A stretch of DNA of 64,000 nucleotides from the IMG/VR virus record IMGVR_UViG_3300009431_000002, positions 64,001 to 128,000 of that record. One strand, written 5' to 3'. The position numbers and the translations under genes are program-made. The notes below the pieces were generated by a model that saw only the letters and a list, made by a program, of their open reading frames with translations, was not told the origin of the DNA and ran no database searches. Source of the stretch: a virus. Its lineage: Duplodnaviria > Caudoviricetes. Below, one piece after another: positions 45,711-55,770 of this stretch (position 1 is its first letter; each line of letters starts with the position of its first letter).

Positions 45711-46414
45711 CACTCGTACTCCAGCCGCATCGTCTTCACTTCTGGGTTCGCCATCAGTGCCTTCGCCTTGTTGACGAACGCTTGCACCTGCCGGTCGTAG
45801 CTCTCCCGGTCCTCGATCCCGCCGAGGGCCTTCGGGTCCTGGCTGGCCCTCTGGTAGATGGCGAGCACCCTCTGCATGTCCTCGCGGGACAGATTCCGGA
45901 TCGTGGGGGTGTCGCCGTAGGACGTATCCGTGGTGCTCTCCCACAGCTCGTTGGCGGCGTTGGCCGCGATCCAGTCGTTGAGCTTGTAGTTCGTGCCCTT
46001 GTCGTGCGGGGTCCTCACCCGCAGGTCGCGCATGGCGAAGAACGAATCGTCGGGTGGGGGGTTGTCCTCGTAGTACTTGCGCCGCGCGCCGCGGTAGGCG
46101 TCGGCGGCCTGCTGCCAGTCCTGTTGCGCCTGCAGACTCTTCTTGGTCTGCTTGGCCTGCCCCCACGGCAGGAGGCGGAACCGCCGCTTGATCTCAGGCT
46201 TCTTGCCCGGCCACTGCGGTGCACCGACGAGGTCGGCCTCCATCTTCTTGTCGTAGGCGTCTCCGGCCGCCTCGAGGGGCGCAACGGCAGCCTCCGGATC
46301 CGGGACCGAGTAGCCATGAACGTCCCAGCCGACGCCGGCGACCTTGGCCATCAGCGGACCAGCACCGATCTTCTGGAGCTCGTCGAAGAAGGCCGCAATG
46401 GATGGGGAGCTCAC
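45710..46414 (-). CDS. putative internal head cargo protein (FFDELQKIG tag)
   Basis: GTGA overlap; SIAAFFDELQKIGAGPLMAKVAG followed by an unrelated globular body. Confidence 0.7.
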   Translation of the reverse strand: MSSPSIAAFFDELQKIGAGPLMAKVAGVGWDVHGYSVPDPEAAVAPLEAAGDAYDKKMEADLVGAPQWPGKKPEIKRRFRLLPWGQAKQTKKSLQAQQDWQQAADAYRGARRKYYEDNPPPDDSFFAMRDLRVRTPHDKGTNYKLNDWIAANAANELWESTTDTSYGDTPTIRNLSREDMQRVLAIYQRASQDPKALGGIEDRESYDRQVQAFVNKAKALMANPEVKTMRLEYE

Positions 46415-47313
46415 GGCATCCTCCACTGGTAGATGTCCAGGATCTCGTCCATCTCCATCTCCATGCCGTCGGACGACTCGATGGTCTGTGGGTTGATGAA
46501 GTCGCGGTTCACCAGCTGATCCCACTCCTGGAACTCGTCGGGCACGGGCAGCAGGAACTCGATGGAGCCAGGCGGAATCTTCCGCATCTGGATCTCCTGG
46601 TGGATCGGCGACCGCAGGCGCTTGGTCTTCGGTACCTTGGCGACGCGCCACCGGACGTTCTCGAGCTCGACGATCACGTCCTTGGGGGCGACGGGCGGGA
46701 AGAAGGTGCAGCGCGCACGCACCACCTGCTCCTGGCCCTCACCGAGCGCAGACGTCTGCACGTCGTCGGTCTCCGGGTCCACCTGCATCCAGAAGAGGAT
46801 GGGCGCGTGGTACCCGTGCATGAACGTGCCGCCGAAGCAGGCCTCGCAGCGCTTGGTGGTCTGCCGGCCCTGCCGCTCGTCGTAGCAGTGGGGGCAGCGA
46901 GGACCGAAGGTCCGGCGCTTGTACAGCAGGCACGGCCGGCCCGTGTGCTCGCGCAGCAGCGTCTCCTCGAACCGCGCGGCCTCCATGGCGTCGAGAGGCA
47001 GCGGCGGCTCCACGGACGCACCGTGGTTGTCCGGGAAGTCACGCTCCTCGCCCGAGGCCCGGTGGACCAGCCGCACGCGGTAGTACAGCTGCCGCCAGTT
47101 GTGGAGGAGCCCCGGCTGCGTGTCGCGGAACCAGTACAGGTCGCGCAGCGGCTCCGGCGTCAGCAGCGTGTAGGGGCCGAGCGGCGAGTCGACGGAGCGC
47201 AGGATGTACGTGTCGTAGTCCTGCGGGTCCTCAGAACTGGTCGAGATCTCCCAGAAGAGGTCGAGGCGATCCAGGTCGAAGGACCTGGCACGGATGTGGC
47301 GAACCTCGATCAA
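46411..47313 (-). CDS. neck/head-closure protein with Zn finger
   Basis: FN3-like N-terminus; RCPHCYD...RCEACFGGTFMHGY; PPVAPKDVIVELENVRWRV. Confidence 0.55.
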   Translation of the reverse strand: MIEVRHIRARSFDLDRLDLFWEISTSSEDPQDYDTYILRSVDSPLGPYTLLTPEPLRDLYWFRDTQPGLLHNWRQLYYRVRLVHRASGEERDFPDNHGASVEPPLPLDAMEAARFEETLLREHTGRPCLLYKRRTFGPRCPHCYDERQGRQTTKRCEACFGGTFMHGYHAPILFWMQVDPETDDVQTSALGEGQEQVVRARCTFFPPVAPKDVIVELENVRWRVAKVPKTKRLRSPIHQEIQMRKIPPGSIEFLLPVPDEFQEWDQLVNRDFINPQTIESSDGMEMEMDEILDIYQWRMP

Positions 47314-47322
47314 CCATGTCTC

Positions 47323-49041
47323 CTACGCCGTGAGCAGCTTCTGGTACGCCTCCGGGAGGTGGTTCTCCCAGCCGCCCTTGGCCAGGAGCCGCTCGTGGAC
47401 GGTGCTGGTCTTCTCCTCGTCCGCCTTGTCCTTCTTGATGGGCGTGCCGAACGGGACCTTGGTCGGCGTCTCGCCGCGCTCGTGCGCCCCGGCCATCTGG
47501 TGCATCCGGATGCCCTGGCCGGCGGTGCCTCCAACCAGTCCGGTGAGCGCGCCTGCGCCTGCGCCCAGCAGCGTGGACCGGAGATCGCCACCGTGCGACG
47601 CGCCGATCAGGCCGCCGCCCACTGCGCCACCGACGCCCATCGGCAGTCCGCTGCCCAGCCCGGCGGCCAGCAGTCGCCCACCGGGGCCGATCTCGGACGC
47701 GTACTGCTGGTAGTTGGCCAGGTTCTGCAGTGCCTCGGCCTCCGTCGGCCGCCCGGACTCCTGCACGGGTCCCGGGGCATCGAAGGCGCTGCGCCGTTCG
47801 CCCTCGGCGGCGCCGGTCTTCTCGCCGGCCCGCGCCAGCTCGGACTTCATCCGCTCGATGTACTCCAGGGCCTCGTCGCCCACCGGGGCGAAGGTGGCGC
47901 TCACGCTGGAGCCCAGCGGGGCCTTGCGGGGCGCCGGCATCCGGCTCATGTAGTCGGCCACCTCGTCCCGCCGCTCGGGGTTGCCGGCGTAGAACTCACC
48001 CAGGGCGCCCGGCATCTGCTGCAGGGCGTCCTCGATGTTGGACTCGCGGCGCTCGCGGAGCAGACGCTGCGTGCCGAGGGTGCCGATGGCACCACCAGCC
48101 ACCCCGGCCCCGAGGCCGAGCGCGCCGGCACCGACCGGGCCCAGCGCCTCCTTCTTCAGGTCGGGCTTCTCGGCGCCAGGCTTCTTGGGGTCCTGGGCCT
48201 CCTGGACCTTCTTGGCGTTCTCCTGCAGGGCCTCCATCATGTCGCCGTTGGCCGCCTTGACCAGGGCCTCGCTGAACGAGATCCCCTGCTGCTCGGCGTA
48301 GGCGGCGACCTTCTCCTGCATCTCCTTGTACGCCTCGGGCGTTGGCGCGCTCATCTTGGCCTTGGGCTTGGAGGGAGCCGGCCCCGCTGGGCCCGCGCCC
48401 GGGGGCATGGCGGGCATGCCGATGCCGCCCATCGCCGGCTGACCGGCCATCGGCACGGAGGGTCCCGGAGCGGGGGCCATCGGCGGGCCGCCTGCCGGCG
48501 GACCGGCTTCCGGGCCACCCATCCCCATGGCGTCCATGCCCATGCCAGCCGCGCCACCGGCCATGCCGCCGAGCGCTCCTCCGCCGGCCATGCCGGCCAG
48601 ACCGCCACCGACCCCGCCCACGACGGCGCCGCCGGGGCCACCGCCTGCCTGGATGCCGGCGCGGATGCCTCCGATCATCCCCAGCAGGGTGCCGGTGGCC
48701 GCGCCGAGCATGGTGCCGATCTGCGCGGGGCTCGGGGGCACGTCCTCGGTGATGGGAGCGGTCGAGTCCTCGGCCACCATCTCGGACGCCGGCATCTCAC
48801 CACCCTCCGGCGGCATGCCCTCGTCCATCATGGGCTCCTCCATCTCCGGCGGTGCGCCGGGGGTCGGAGGCGTGCCCGGGGGTACGGCCGGGGGCGGCTC
48901 CGGGAGCTGGAGGTCACCGGGGGCCATGGCGAGCTTCAGGAGGTCCTCCATCGACATCTCCTGGAGCATCTCCTGTCGAGACGCGCGCTTCTCGAGGGCG
49001 GCCTCTTCCTGGGCGGCGTCGTTCAGCCAACGGTCGAGCAT
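47323..49041 (-). CDS. putative internal head protein (Pro/Met-rich, glycine zippers, K-x-A motifs)
   Basis: LEKRAS, LLKLAM, EKVAA, KKEAL; several GxxxGxxxG segments. Confidence 0.7.
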   Translation of the reverse strand: MLDRWLNDAAQEEAALEKRASRQEMLQEMSMEDLLKLAMAPGDLQLPEPPPAVPPGTPPTPGAPPEMEEPMMDEGMPPEGGEMPASEMVAEDSTAPITEDVPPSPAQIGTMLGAATGTLLGMIGGIRAGIQAGGGPGGAVVGGVGGGLAGMAGGGALGGMAGGAAGMGMDAMGMGGPEAGPPAGGPPMAPAPGPSVPMAGQPAMGGIGMPAMPPGAGPAGPAPSKPKAKMSAPTPEAYKEMQEKVAAYAEQQGISFSEALVKAANGDMMEALQENAKKVQEAQDPKKPGAEKPDLKKEALGPVGAGALGLGAGVAGGAIGTLGTQRLLRERRESNIEDALQQMPGALGEFYAGNPERRDEVADYMSRMPAPRKAPLGSSVSATFAPVGDEALEYIERMKSELARAGEKTGAAEGERRSAFDAPGPVQESGRPTEAEALQNLANYQQYASEIGPGGRLLAAGLGSGLPMGVGGAVGGGLIGASHGGDLRSTLLGAGAGALTGLVGGTAGQGIRMHQMAGAHERGETPTKVPFGTPIKKDKADEEKTSTVHERLLAKGGWENHLPEAYQKLLTA

Positions 49042-49045
49042 GTCA

Positions 49046-50098
49046 TCACCTCACGGGTAGGGCGGCTGCGCCGCCGGCTCCCAGCACTGCCCCGGTCAGC
49101 GCGCCGAGCAACGCGGCCTTTCCCGGGTGGTCTACGTTCACGTCGGCGACGCCCTCGGAGGCGCGCGCCAGCACGGCGCCCAGCCTCTTGGCGTAGCCGG
49201 GGTCCTCGGTCTCGTCCAAGGCCCGCTCCGACTTCTCCCGGCCGAGCTCGGCCAGGGCTTGCTCCTTGCTCCTGCCGCTCATTGTAGGCCTGCTGAACGC
49301 GTACTGCCCAGCGCCTCCGAGCGCTGCACCCACGGGCGCGCCGATGATGGCACGCTGCATCCGGGGGTCCAGGGCCTGCCAGGCGGCCACGAGATCCTGG
49401 GCCGCGCTGGTCTTCACCGGCGACCGCTTGATCTTCGTGTCGGCCTCGTCGTGGGGCTCCCACGTCCTCCCCAGCAGGCCAGCACCAGCTCCTGCAGCCG
49501 TCGCCGCTCCGCCGGCGAGGCCGAGGGTGAGCAGCCCGCCCTTGACGGCCTGGGGCCCGAACTGCCTCACCAGCTCCTTGACGTGGGGCTTGACGGCCTG
49601 GCCGCCGGCGGACTCCGACACGCCCTTCAACCCCGAGAAGATCCCCTTCAGGGTGTCGTACTTCCCCATCATCATGCGGCCGGCGATCCCGCGCTGCCTC
49701 TGCCCTCCTGCCATGCCCTCGAGGCCGCCCTGCAGCATGCTGCCGACGCTGTGCTCGTCGAGGCTGTTGGCGAGTGCCGCAGCGGCCTGGGAGTGCATGG
49801 CGTCGCTGATGAGCCTGTCGAGGGCCTGCCCCCGCAGGTAGGCGACGCCTCCGCCCGCCGCAGCGCCCGCCGGGACACCGAGGGAGACGCCACGGAGCTC
49901 GCGTTCGTCGCCACCGCCGAAGTAGCCGCCAGCACCTCCGAGCACTGCGCCGAGAGCGGCATGGGGCACGGCCGTCGCCAGCGGGAGCCTGCGGAGCAGG
50001 TGCTTCCGCTTGTCCACCTCCCGGGCGAGGATCTCCTCGGGGCCTGGCGCGGCGTCCTCGGACATGGCTCCGGTGATGGCGCTGAACGGTCGGGTCAC
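49046..50098 (-). CDS. putative internal head protein with several glycine zippers
   Basis: GTGA overlap start; five Gly/Ala hydrophobic segments; VKTSAA. Confidence 0.7.
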   Translation of the reverse strand: MTRPFSAITGAMSEDAAPGPEEILAREVDKRKHLLRRLPLATAVPHAALGAVLGGAGGYFGGGDERELRGVSLGVPAGAAAGGGVAYLRGQALDRLISDAMHSQAAAALANSLDEHSVGSMLQGGLEGMAGGQRQRGIAGRMMMGKYDTLKGIFSGLKGVSESAGGQAVKPHVKELVRQFGPQAVKGGLLTLGLAGGAATAAGAGAGLLGRTWEPHDEADTKIKRSPVKTSAAQDLVAAWQALDPRMQRAIIGAPVGAALGGAGQYAFSRPTMSGRSKEQALAELGREKSERALDETEDPGYAKRLGAVLARASEGVADVNVDHPGKAALLGALTGAVLGAGGAAALPVR

Positions 50099-50592
50099 GA
50101 CTCCCACCCCCCGTACCAGCCGTGCGAGTACCAGATGTACTCGGAGTGGATGCCGCCGCCCCAGCCGGCGCGGATGTTGCGCGACGCCTTGAGCCGCAGC
50201 TTCTTGTGCTCATACTCGTTCGAGATGAGCTGGATCCACGCCATGATGGCCCGGCTCTTGTCGGTGTTGTACGAGAAGCCGCCGTCGGTGAAGGCGATGG
50301 CGTTGCGGGTGTTGAGCAGTCCCACCGACGTCAGGAGGTTCACCACGGTCCCCCGGAGCAGCAGGTGCATCGACGGGAAGGTCGAGACCGTCCAGGTGCC
50401 GATCTCCGGGGGCGTGGTGTTGAAGTCGTCGATGCAGTCCAGCACCGCCCAGGCGATCATGCGGTTGCTGCTCTCCTCACCCCGCGTGAGGCGGTTGAGC
50501 TGCGGGTGGTCACGCATGAACGTGCGTACCATCTTGACGACCTGCGCCAGGCGCTGGTCCTCGGATGGTGTGTAGCTGGACGGCGTGAGCAT
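50095..50592 (-). CDS. head-tail adaptor/neck protein
   Basis: Size and position downstream of the capsid gene; helical with DGGFSYN loop; aromatic C-terminus. Confidence 0.55.
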   Translation of the reverse strand: MLTPSSYTPSEDQRLAQVVKMVRTFMRDHPQLNRLTRGEESSNRMIAWAVLDCIDDFNTTPPEIGTWTVSTFPSMHLLLRGTVVNLLTSVGLLNTRNAIAFTDGGFSYNTDKSRAIMAWIQLISNEYEHKKLRLKASRNIRAGWGGGIHSEYIWYSHGWYGGWES

Positions 50593-50595
50593 CGA

Positions 50596-51120
50596 CTACT
50601 CCAGCAGCTCGTCGAGCTTCGTCAGCGGCGTCAGCTTGGAGCCGCCCTCGACCGCGAGGTCCACGGCGTCCTTGAGCTCGGTGAGCTTCATGCGGTCGCT
50701 GAGGAGCGGCGCCGGTCGGACGTACTTGGCGAACGCCAGCACGTCCTTCTTGGTCCGCATCTTCCGCATGGCCTCGAGGTATGGGGTGTAGTCGACAGCG
50801 GCGTCGCCGGTGTCCACCTCGTCGCGCTCCGCAGGCTCCGGCCGCCCCGGCGGCTTGTAGGCCTGCGCCGCGCGGCGCTGCTGGTCGATCTCGCGCTTGC
50901 GGCGGACGTACCAGGCCGGCGGGGTGGCGCCGACGTGGATGTCCCGAGCCTTCTGCATGCGCGCAAGTCGCGCGGTGTGGATGGGCCCGGCGATCTTGGA
51001 GACCGGGACCACCAGCCTACCGCCAGGCGGCACACGGACGCGGAAGATGGTCAGGGGCCGAGGCCTGTCCTGCACGTCCGTGAGGTTGTAGATGTTGGTC
51101 CGCTTGGTCTTCGCCGCCAT
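50596..51120 (-). CDS. head-associated protein with C-terminal Rho-N/LEM-like helical domain
   Basis: MRKMRTKKDVLAFAK...DRMKLTELKDAV. Confidence 0.6.
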   Translation of the reverse strand: MAAKTKRTNIYNLTDVQDRPRPLTIFRVRVPPGGRLVVPVSKIAGPIHTARLARMQKARDIHVGATPPAWYVRRKREIDQQRRAAQAYKPPGRPEPAERDEVDTGDAAVDYTPYLEAMRKMRTKKDVLAFAKYVRPAPLLSDRMKLTELKDAVDLAVEGGSKLTPLTKLDELLE

Positions 51121-51121
51121 C

Positions 51122-51844
51122 TCAGTCCTCCATCGACACGATCTTGGCGTCCAGGGCCTTCATGGCGCCGGTGCGGGTCTTGCCCGACTGCTCGGCGTCA
51201 CGCAGGGCCAGGACGTGGTCGGCGTCCTCGCAGGTCTCGAGGAAGGCCTCGAGGTCCCCGATGTTGCCGTCGAGGACCGACAGGTCGTAGGTGACCTCGA
51301 CCTCCTCGGGCTTCTCCTCGAGGTCTTCGGGCTCGTCGGTCTCCGCGGGCGCGCCCGGCCCCGTCTCCTCCCCCAGATCCCCCTCCTCTTCCCCGTCGGC
51401 CTGGGAATCCTCGCCGACATCGGCGTCCTTCTCCTCGGGTGGGTCCTCGAGGTCGTCCAGGCCGACAGGCTCGTCCGCGTCCTCGTCGACCTCCTTCTCG
51501 GCCGGCTCCTCGGGCTCCGGCGGCACGAGCGCCTCCATGTGCAGCGCCGTGAACCGGGCACCGTCGCCGGCCTGCAGGGCCTCGATGGCCTCCTGCCGCT
51601 TGGCCGGGTCCTTGAAGTCGTCGAACAGTTCGGTCAGGTCCGGGCCGGGCTCCGGCTCCGACGACACTGTGTCGTCGACCTCCGGCACGACCTCCTGGAT
51701 GAAGCCGTTCTTGGTCAGGTGTTGGATGTGTCGCCGATCCTTCTTCGCGTCCGCGTCCGAGACGGGGAGCGGTACGGATCCCAGGCACTTGCCTGCGATG
51801 GCGATGTTGGGCGGAGCGCCCGCGAGCTTGCGGTAGTACTTCAT
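51122..51844 (-). CDS. acidic head-associated protein with C-terminal helical domain
   Basis: E/D/P-rich linker; LDGNIGDLEAFL...AEQSGKTRTGAMKALD. Confidence 0.65.
   Translation of the reverse strand: MKYYRKLAGAPPNIAIAGKCLGSVPLPVSDADAKKDRRHIQHLTKNGFIQEVVPEVDDTVSSEPEPGPDLTELFDDFKDPAKRQEAIEALQAGDGARFTALHMEALVPPEPEEPAEKEVDEDADEPVGLDDLEDPPEEKDADVGEDSQADGEEEGDLGEETGPGAPAETDEPEDLEEKPEEVEVTYDLSVLDGNIGDLEAFLETCEDADHVLALRDAEQSGKTRTGAMKALDAKIVSMED
51659..51677. repeat. CGACAC-W-GTGTCG palindrome (intragenic)
   Basis: CGACGACAC-T-GTGTCGTCG, perfect 19 bp. Confidence 0.75.
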
Positions 51845-51878
51845 GATGGGGTCCCTCTCTCCTCTGCTTCCGAGGGCC

Positions 51879-51919
51879 CCCGCCCCCGCGCCGCCGCGCG
51901 GGTTGGGAGCGGGGGCGGG
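51879..51919 (-). terminator. GC-rich hairpin downstream of the major capsid gene
   Basis: CCCGCCCCCGC / GCGGGGGCGGG 11-bp stem; no U-tract, so possibly a stabiliser or attenuator. Confidence 0.45.
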
Positions 51920-51950
51920 ACCCCGGTAGAACGTCAGGCCACTGGCCTGA

Positions 51951-53072
51951 TCAGAACTGGTTGACCTGCGGGTACGTCAGGCCATCCTCGGCACGGTTGT
52001 TCATCGCGCCCAAGTCCTCGATATCGACGGGCTGACGATCGGCGAAGTTCGCGTCCTCCGCGCCCGTCGTGACGGAACCGCGGTAGAGCTCGAGCTTGCG
52101 GACTGCGGCGATGTTGCCGAAGCCCATGCCGATATCTTCCCACGCCTGCCAGAAGATCCGGTTGGCGCGCTTGTCGATGTAGAACTTCGTCTGGTTCAGG
52201 ATGTAGAACCGGCCGAAGAACTCGGGCTTGGTGAAGATGTAGACGTTGCCATCCCGCAGGATGTCCGTCTTGATCGTCCGGATGAAGTTGGTGCCGAGGA
52301 GCATGTTGTACTTGTAGCCGTCGACCACGGTCTCGGACTGGATCTTGTCCCCGAAGTCCTCGACGGTCCACTGCAGCACGTCCTCGAAGTCCGGCTCGGA
52401 CATGAGCATGCGCTCGGGCCGCAGGCGGTTGCGGCTCAGGAGCTTGCGCAGGTTGACGATGTCCGGCCGCAGGATGGGCCGCACCTCGAAGTCGTCCACG
52501 CCACCGAGGGTCAGGGCGTTGAGGCCCTTCACGCGGGACACGCCGACCACGGTGCCGTTGTTGACGTTGGTGCGGTTGAAGGCGACGGTGCCGTTGGTCT
52601 CGAACTGCAGCGCCTCGATGCAGGCCTCCACGTGGAGCAAGAACTCGCGGTCCTCGATCTCCTGGATGTCCTTGGCGCTGTTGTCCTCGATCACCTTCGT
52701 GATCGGCATCTCGTACGCCAGCAGCTCCTGCTCCGTCTTCTCGAACTTCTCCGAGGAGATGGTGAAGAAGGGGATGGCGTACCGCGGCGCGCTGATGTAC
52801 CGCGCGGTCGGCTGGCCCCGGAAGGTCAGCGGCATGGCGCGGGACTGCGGCTCGATGTCCACGATCCGCACGAGCGTGTCGTGGTTCTCGGACCGCTGGC
52901 ACTCGTTGCGGGTGATGGGGGTGGGCGGGACCACCTTGCGCGCGAAGCTGACCTCACGCAGGTGGTCACGGATGAAGGTGCCGCCGTACTCGGCGATCTT
53001 CTCTTTGCCCTCGGCGGTCTCCAACTTGCGGTTGAAGAGCTCGTTGAGGACCTCGGCGGGGGTGCTGGACAT
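51951..53072 (-). CDS. major capsid protein
   Basis: 373 aa, downstream of protease/scaffold/decoration genes; IRDHLREVSFARKVVPP...YAIPFFTISSEKFEK...IQEIEDREFL; followed by a hairpin. Confidence 0.75.
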   Translation of the reverse strand: MSSTPAEVLNELFNRKLETAEGKEKIAEYGGTFIRDHLREVSFARKVVPPTPITRNECQRSENHDTLVRIVDIEPQSRAMPLTFRGQPTARYISAPRYAIPFFTISSEKFEKTEQELLAYEMPITKVIEDNSAKDIQEIEDREFLLHVEACIEALQFETNGTVAFNRTNVNNGTVVGVSRVKGLNALTLGGVDDFEVRPILRPDIVNLRKLLSRNRLRPERMLMSEPDFEDVLQWTVEDFGDKIQSETVVDGYKYNMLLGTNFIRTIKTDILRDGNVYIFTKPEFFGRFYILNQTKFYIDKRANRIFWQAWEDIGMGFGNIAAVRKLELYRGSVTTGAEDANFADRQPVDIEDLGAMNNRAEDGLTYPQVNQF

Positions 53073-53132
53073 GTTGTGTCCTCCTCGACTCGGTTCGTTG
53101 GTCCTACGACCCTTGGTTGAGCCCTTCAGGGC

Positions 53133-53642
53133 CTAGCTGGGCACTCCGACGATGCCGCGGATGCGTCCGTGCACGGCGTCGATGTGCGTCAGGCGTGCGA
53201 CGACCAGCCCGGCACCGGCGCCCACCTGGTCGGCCAGGACGCGGCGGATCACGCCGGCGCCTGCCAGGTCGAAGTCGATGACGGTCAGGGCGTTGTTGGT
53301 GTCGAGGTCGAGGCCGGTGTCGTCGTAGACGTCCGTCTCGAACTCGTAGAAGCTCGGGAGCAGCACGTGCCCCATGCCACCGTTGATGGCCTGGGCGTCG
53401 TAGCGTCCCTCCTCGAGCCAGAAGCAGTACTGCGGCCGCGCGGCCACGTCTGCGGTGGCGTCGTTGTTGTCCCCTCCGCGGCGGAGGTTCCAGTCGTCGT
53501 CGTACTCCAGCCACTCGCCCTCGACGAGCGAGCGCCCGTCCTGGGGCCACAGGGGCCGGTGTCCGGCAGCGTCGCCGGTGCCGGCGACCACACGACGGTC
53601 CCGCGTGGGGAGCGTCTCGTACTCGGTGATCAGTCGAAACAT
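53133..53642 (-). CDS. capsid decoration/cement protein (putative)
   Basis: Small acidic beta protein immediately upstream of the capsid gene. Confidence 0.5.
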   Translation of the reverse strand: MFRLITEYETLPTRDRRVVAGTGDAAGHRPLWPQDGRSLVEGEWLEYDDDWNLRRGGDNNDATADVAARPQYCFWLEEGRYDAQAINGGMGHVLLPSFYEFETDVYDDTGLDLDTNNALTVIDFDLAGAGVIRRVLADQVGAGAGLVVARLTHIDAVHGRIRGIVGVPS

Positions 53643-53682
53643 GGTGCGTCCTCCATCGGCTCAGTGAGCCGAGTCGTTGCTG

Positions 53683-54054
53683 CTAGTCCTCGTCCAGGAT
53701 GAAGGCCTCCAGCTGGGTCTTGCCCGCGCCGGCGACCTTCTCTTCGCCGTCGCCCAGCTCGAAGAAGGGGACGTCGCCCGCGGCCATGCCGATGGCTTCC
53801 TCCCTCGTGGAGAGCTTGTCGGGCTCGGACAGGAGCTCGGCCGTCTTGGTGCCGACGTCGTCCTCGTCGATGAGGCCCTTCTGCGCCATCTTGTCCGCGA
53901 GTGCGGCGGCGCGCTTCTCCAGCTTGAGCTGTGCGTTCTCCACCCGGAGCTGCTCGTTCTCGGACTCGAGGTCGCTCGCCCGCTTGGTCAGAACGCGCAA
54001 GGCGCCCGGGACCTGCTTGAAGACGGTGTGTGCCTGCTGCCGGTCGATGGTCAT
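53683..54054 (-). CDS. scaffold-like coiled-coil head protein
   Basis: Coiled coil; five K-x-A motifs; acidic C-terminus LEAFILDED. Confidence 0.6.
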   Translation of the reverse strand: MTIDRQQAHTVFKQVPGALRVLTKRASDLESENEQLRVENAQLKLEKRAAALADKMAQKGLIDEDDVGTKTAELLSEPDKLSTREEAIGMAAGDVPFFELGDGEEKVAGAGKTQLEAFILDED

Positions 54055-54066
54055 CGTCGGTACCTC

Positions 54067-55767
54067 CTACACCGTCGCCGGGACGTCCGGCGCGGCGGCG
54101 GGGGCCACAGGCTCCCCGGTTCCCTCGCCCTCGGCGCGAGCCGCGGACTCCAGGATGTCTGCGAACTGCTGCTCGGACCGCTCCGTCTGCTGACGGTCGG
54201 CCTCGTCGGGATCCTCCACGTCCGAGGCGGGTGGCACCTCGTCCATGGGGTTGTCGGCGAGCTTCGCCATCGCCTGCTTCAGCGCAGCCTCCTTCTCCGG
54301 GCCGTCGTCACCGGCGAGGACACGTCGGAGGAGCTCACGCGCCGCGTCGGCCTCGATGGTGCCGTCGGACGCGATCTTCGCTCCCGCGGAGTCCACCACG
54401 GGGCCGAGGTTCTCGTGGAGCTTGGAGTCGGTCGCCTTCGACTGGGCCGGCTCGTCCAGGACCTTGCCCATGTCCTTCTTGGGCTCGGCCTTTGCCTCCC
54501 GCTTGGTGTACTGGATGGCGGCGTCGTTGGAGCCGACCATCTTGTCCTGCCCGCGGGTCTTCTTCTCGGGGACGCCCTCGCCCGCCTCGGTGCCCGGGAA
54601 GTCGCCACCGTCCACGGTGGTGCCTCCCTTGCCGGCGGAGGGCTTGGCGCCGGAGTTGTCCTCGGCCAGCTTCCGCAGCACGAAGTCCACGAGGGGGCTC
54701 CGGCCGCGGACGGAGGCCGTGACCTCCTGGCCACCGCCCAGCACGGAGGCGCCGCCGGCGCCGAGCGCGCCGAGGCCGGCCACGCCACCGGCGCCCTTGC
54801 CGACGGCCTTGGCGCCCTCACGGCGGGCCTGCTGCTGGAGCTCCGGGATCTGCCCGGTGATGGCAGCCAGGGCCTCGTCGCCGAAGCCGCGCCGGCCCAT
54901 GTCGCCGGCCATCTCGCCGGCCTCACCGGCCTGCTCCAAGAGCTCGCGGCGGAGGGCCAGGTTCTCCAGCGGGTTGACGGCCTTGACGGCCTTGCCGCCG
55001 GCGCCCTGGATCGCCTGCAGGATCTCGGCTGGGCCGGCCTGCTTGACCATCACGCGGGCGTAGCGTGTGGGGATGCCCTGGGCCTCCAGTGCGGCCTGGG
55101 CCTCCTTGAACACGCCCTCGTCCGGGTAGCCGGCGGTGGGCACGGAGCCGGAGTTGCCGCCCGGCGCCTGGTTCTCGTCGGTCTCCATGGCGGTGGACGA
55201 CGAGCCGGCGGCGAGCTCGGGGCTCTCCAGCGGCGTCTCGTTGGGGATGGTGGTGGTCTTGGCCTTGTCGTGCTTGTAGGGCTGCTCGCCCGCACCACCC
55301 GGAGCATCCTCCTGGGTGTTGGCCATGGCGTTGCTGGGCGCCGGGGACTCCTGGAGCCCCTTGCCCGTGGCGGGCTTCATCGGCGGCGTCAGGTCCGCCG
55401 GCGCGTTGCCGGCGTCCTTGGTGTCGGTCTTGAGGGCCGTCTTCTCGTAGCCCATCAGCTCGGCGACGATGAGGGCCTCGGCGACCTTCTCCTCGTTGGA
55501 GCGGCCGTCGACGATCTCGTCGAGGTGGTCGTTCGCGTACTCCACCGCACCCGCGAGCTTGTCGAAGTACGCGTAGTCGAGCTCCGCGGACTTCTCCTCA
55601 CCCTCGTCCTTCTTGACGAAGGGCGGCACGTCCTTCTTGTCCTTGGGCTTGTCCTCGGCCTCGCCCTCGTCCGCCTCGGCGGTCTTCTGCATCCGCTCGT
55701 GGCCGCGGTGGTAGGCGTCCTTGAGCATCTCGGTGAGCTGGAAGCCGTGGGTGGTGCTTTCGGGCAT
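54067..55767 (-). CDS. scaffold/internal head protein
   Basis: Low complexity; at least 10 K-x-A motifs; one glycine zipper. Confidence 0.65.
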   Translation of the reverse strand: MPESTTHGFQLTEMLKDAYHRGHERMQKTAEADEGEAEDKPKDKKDVPPFVKKDEGEEKSAELDYAYFDKLAGAVEYANDHLDEIVDGRSNEEKVAEALIVAELMGYEKTALKTDTKDAGNAPADLTPPMKPATGKGLQESPAPSNAMANTQEDAPGGAGEQPYKHDKAKTTTIPNETPLESPELAAGSSSTAMETDENQAPGGNSGSVPTAGYPDEGVFKEAQAALEAQGIPTRYARVMVKQAGPAEILQAIQGAGGKAVKAVNPLENLALRRELLEQAGEAGEMAGDMGRRGFGDEALAAITGQIPELQQQARREGAKAVGKGAGGVAGLGALGAGGASVLGGGQEVTASVRGRSPLVDFVLRKLAEDNSGAKPSAGKGGTTVDGGDFPGTEAGEGVPEKKTRGQDKMVGSNDAAIQYTKREAKAEPKKDMGKVLDEPAQSKATDSKLHENLGPVVDSAGAKIASDGTIEADAARELLRRVLAGDDGPEKEAALKQAMAKLADNPMDEVPPASDVEDPDEADRQQTERSEQQFADILESAARAEGEGTGEPVAPAAAPDVPATV

Positions 55768-55770
55768 GGT

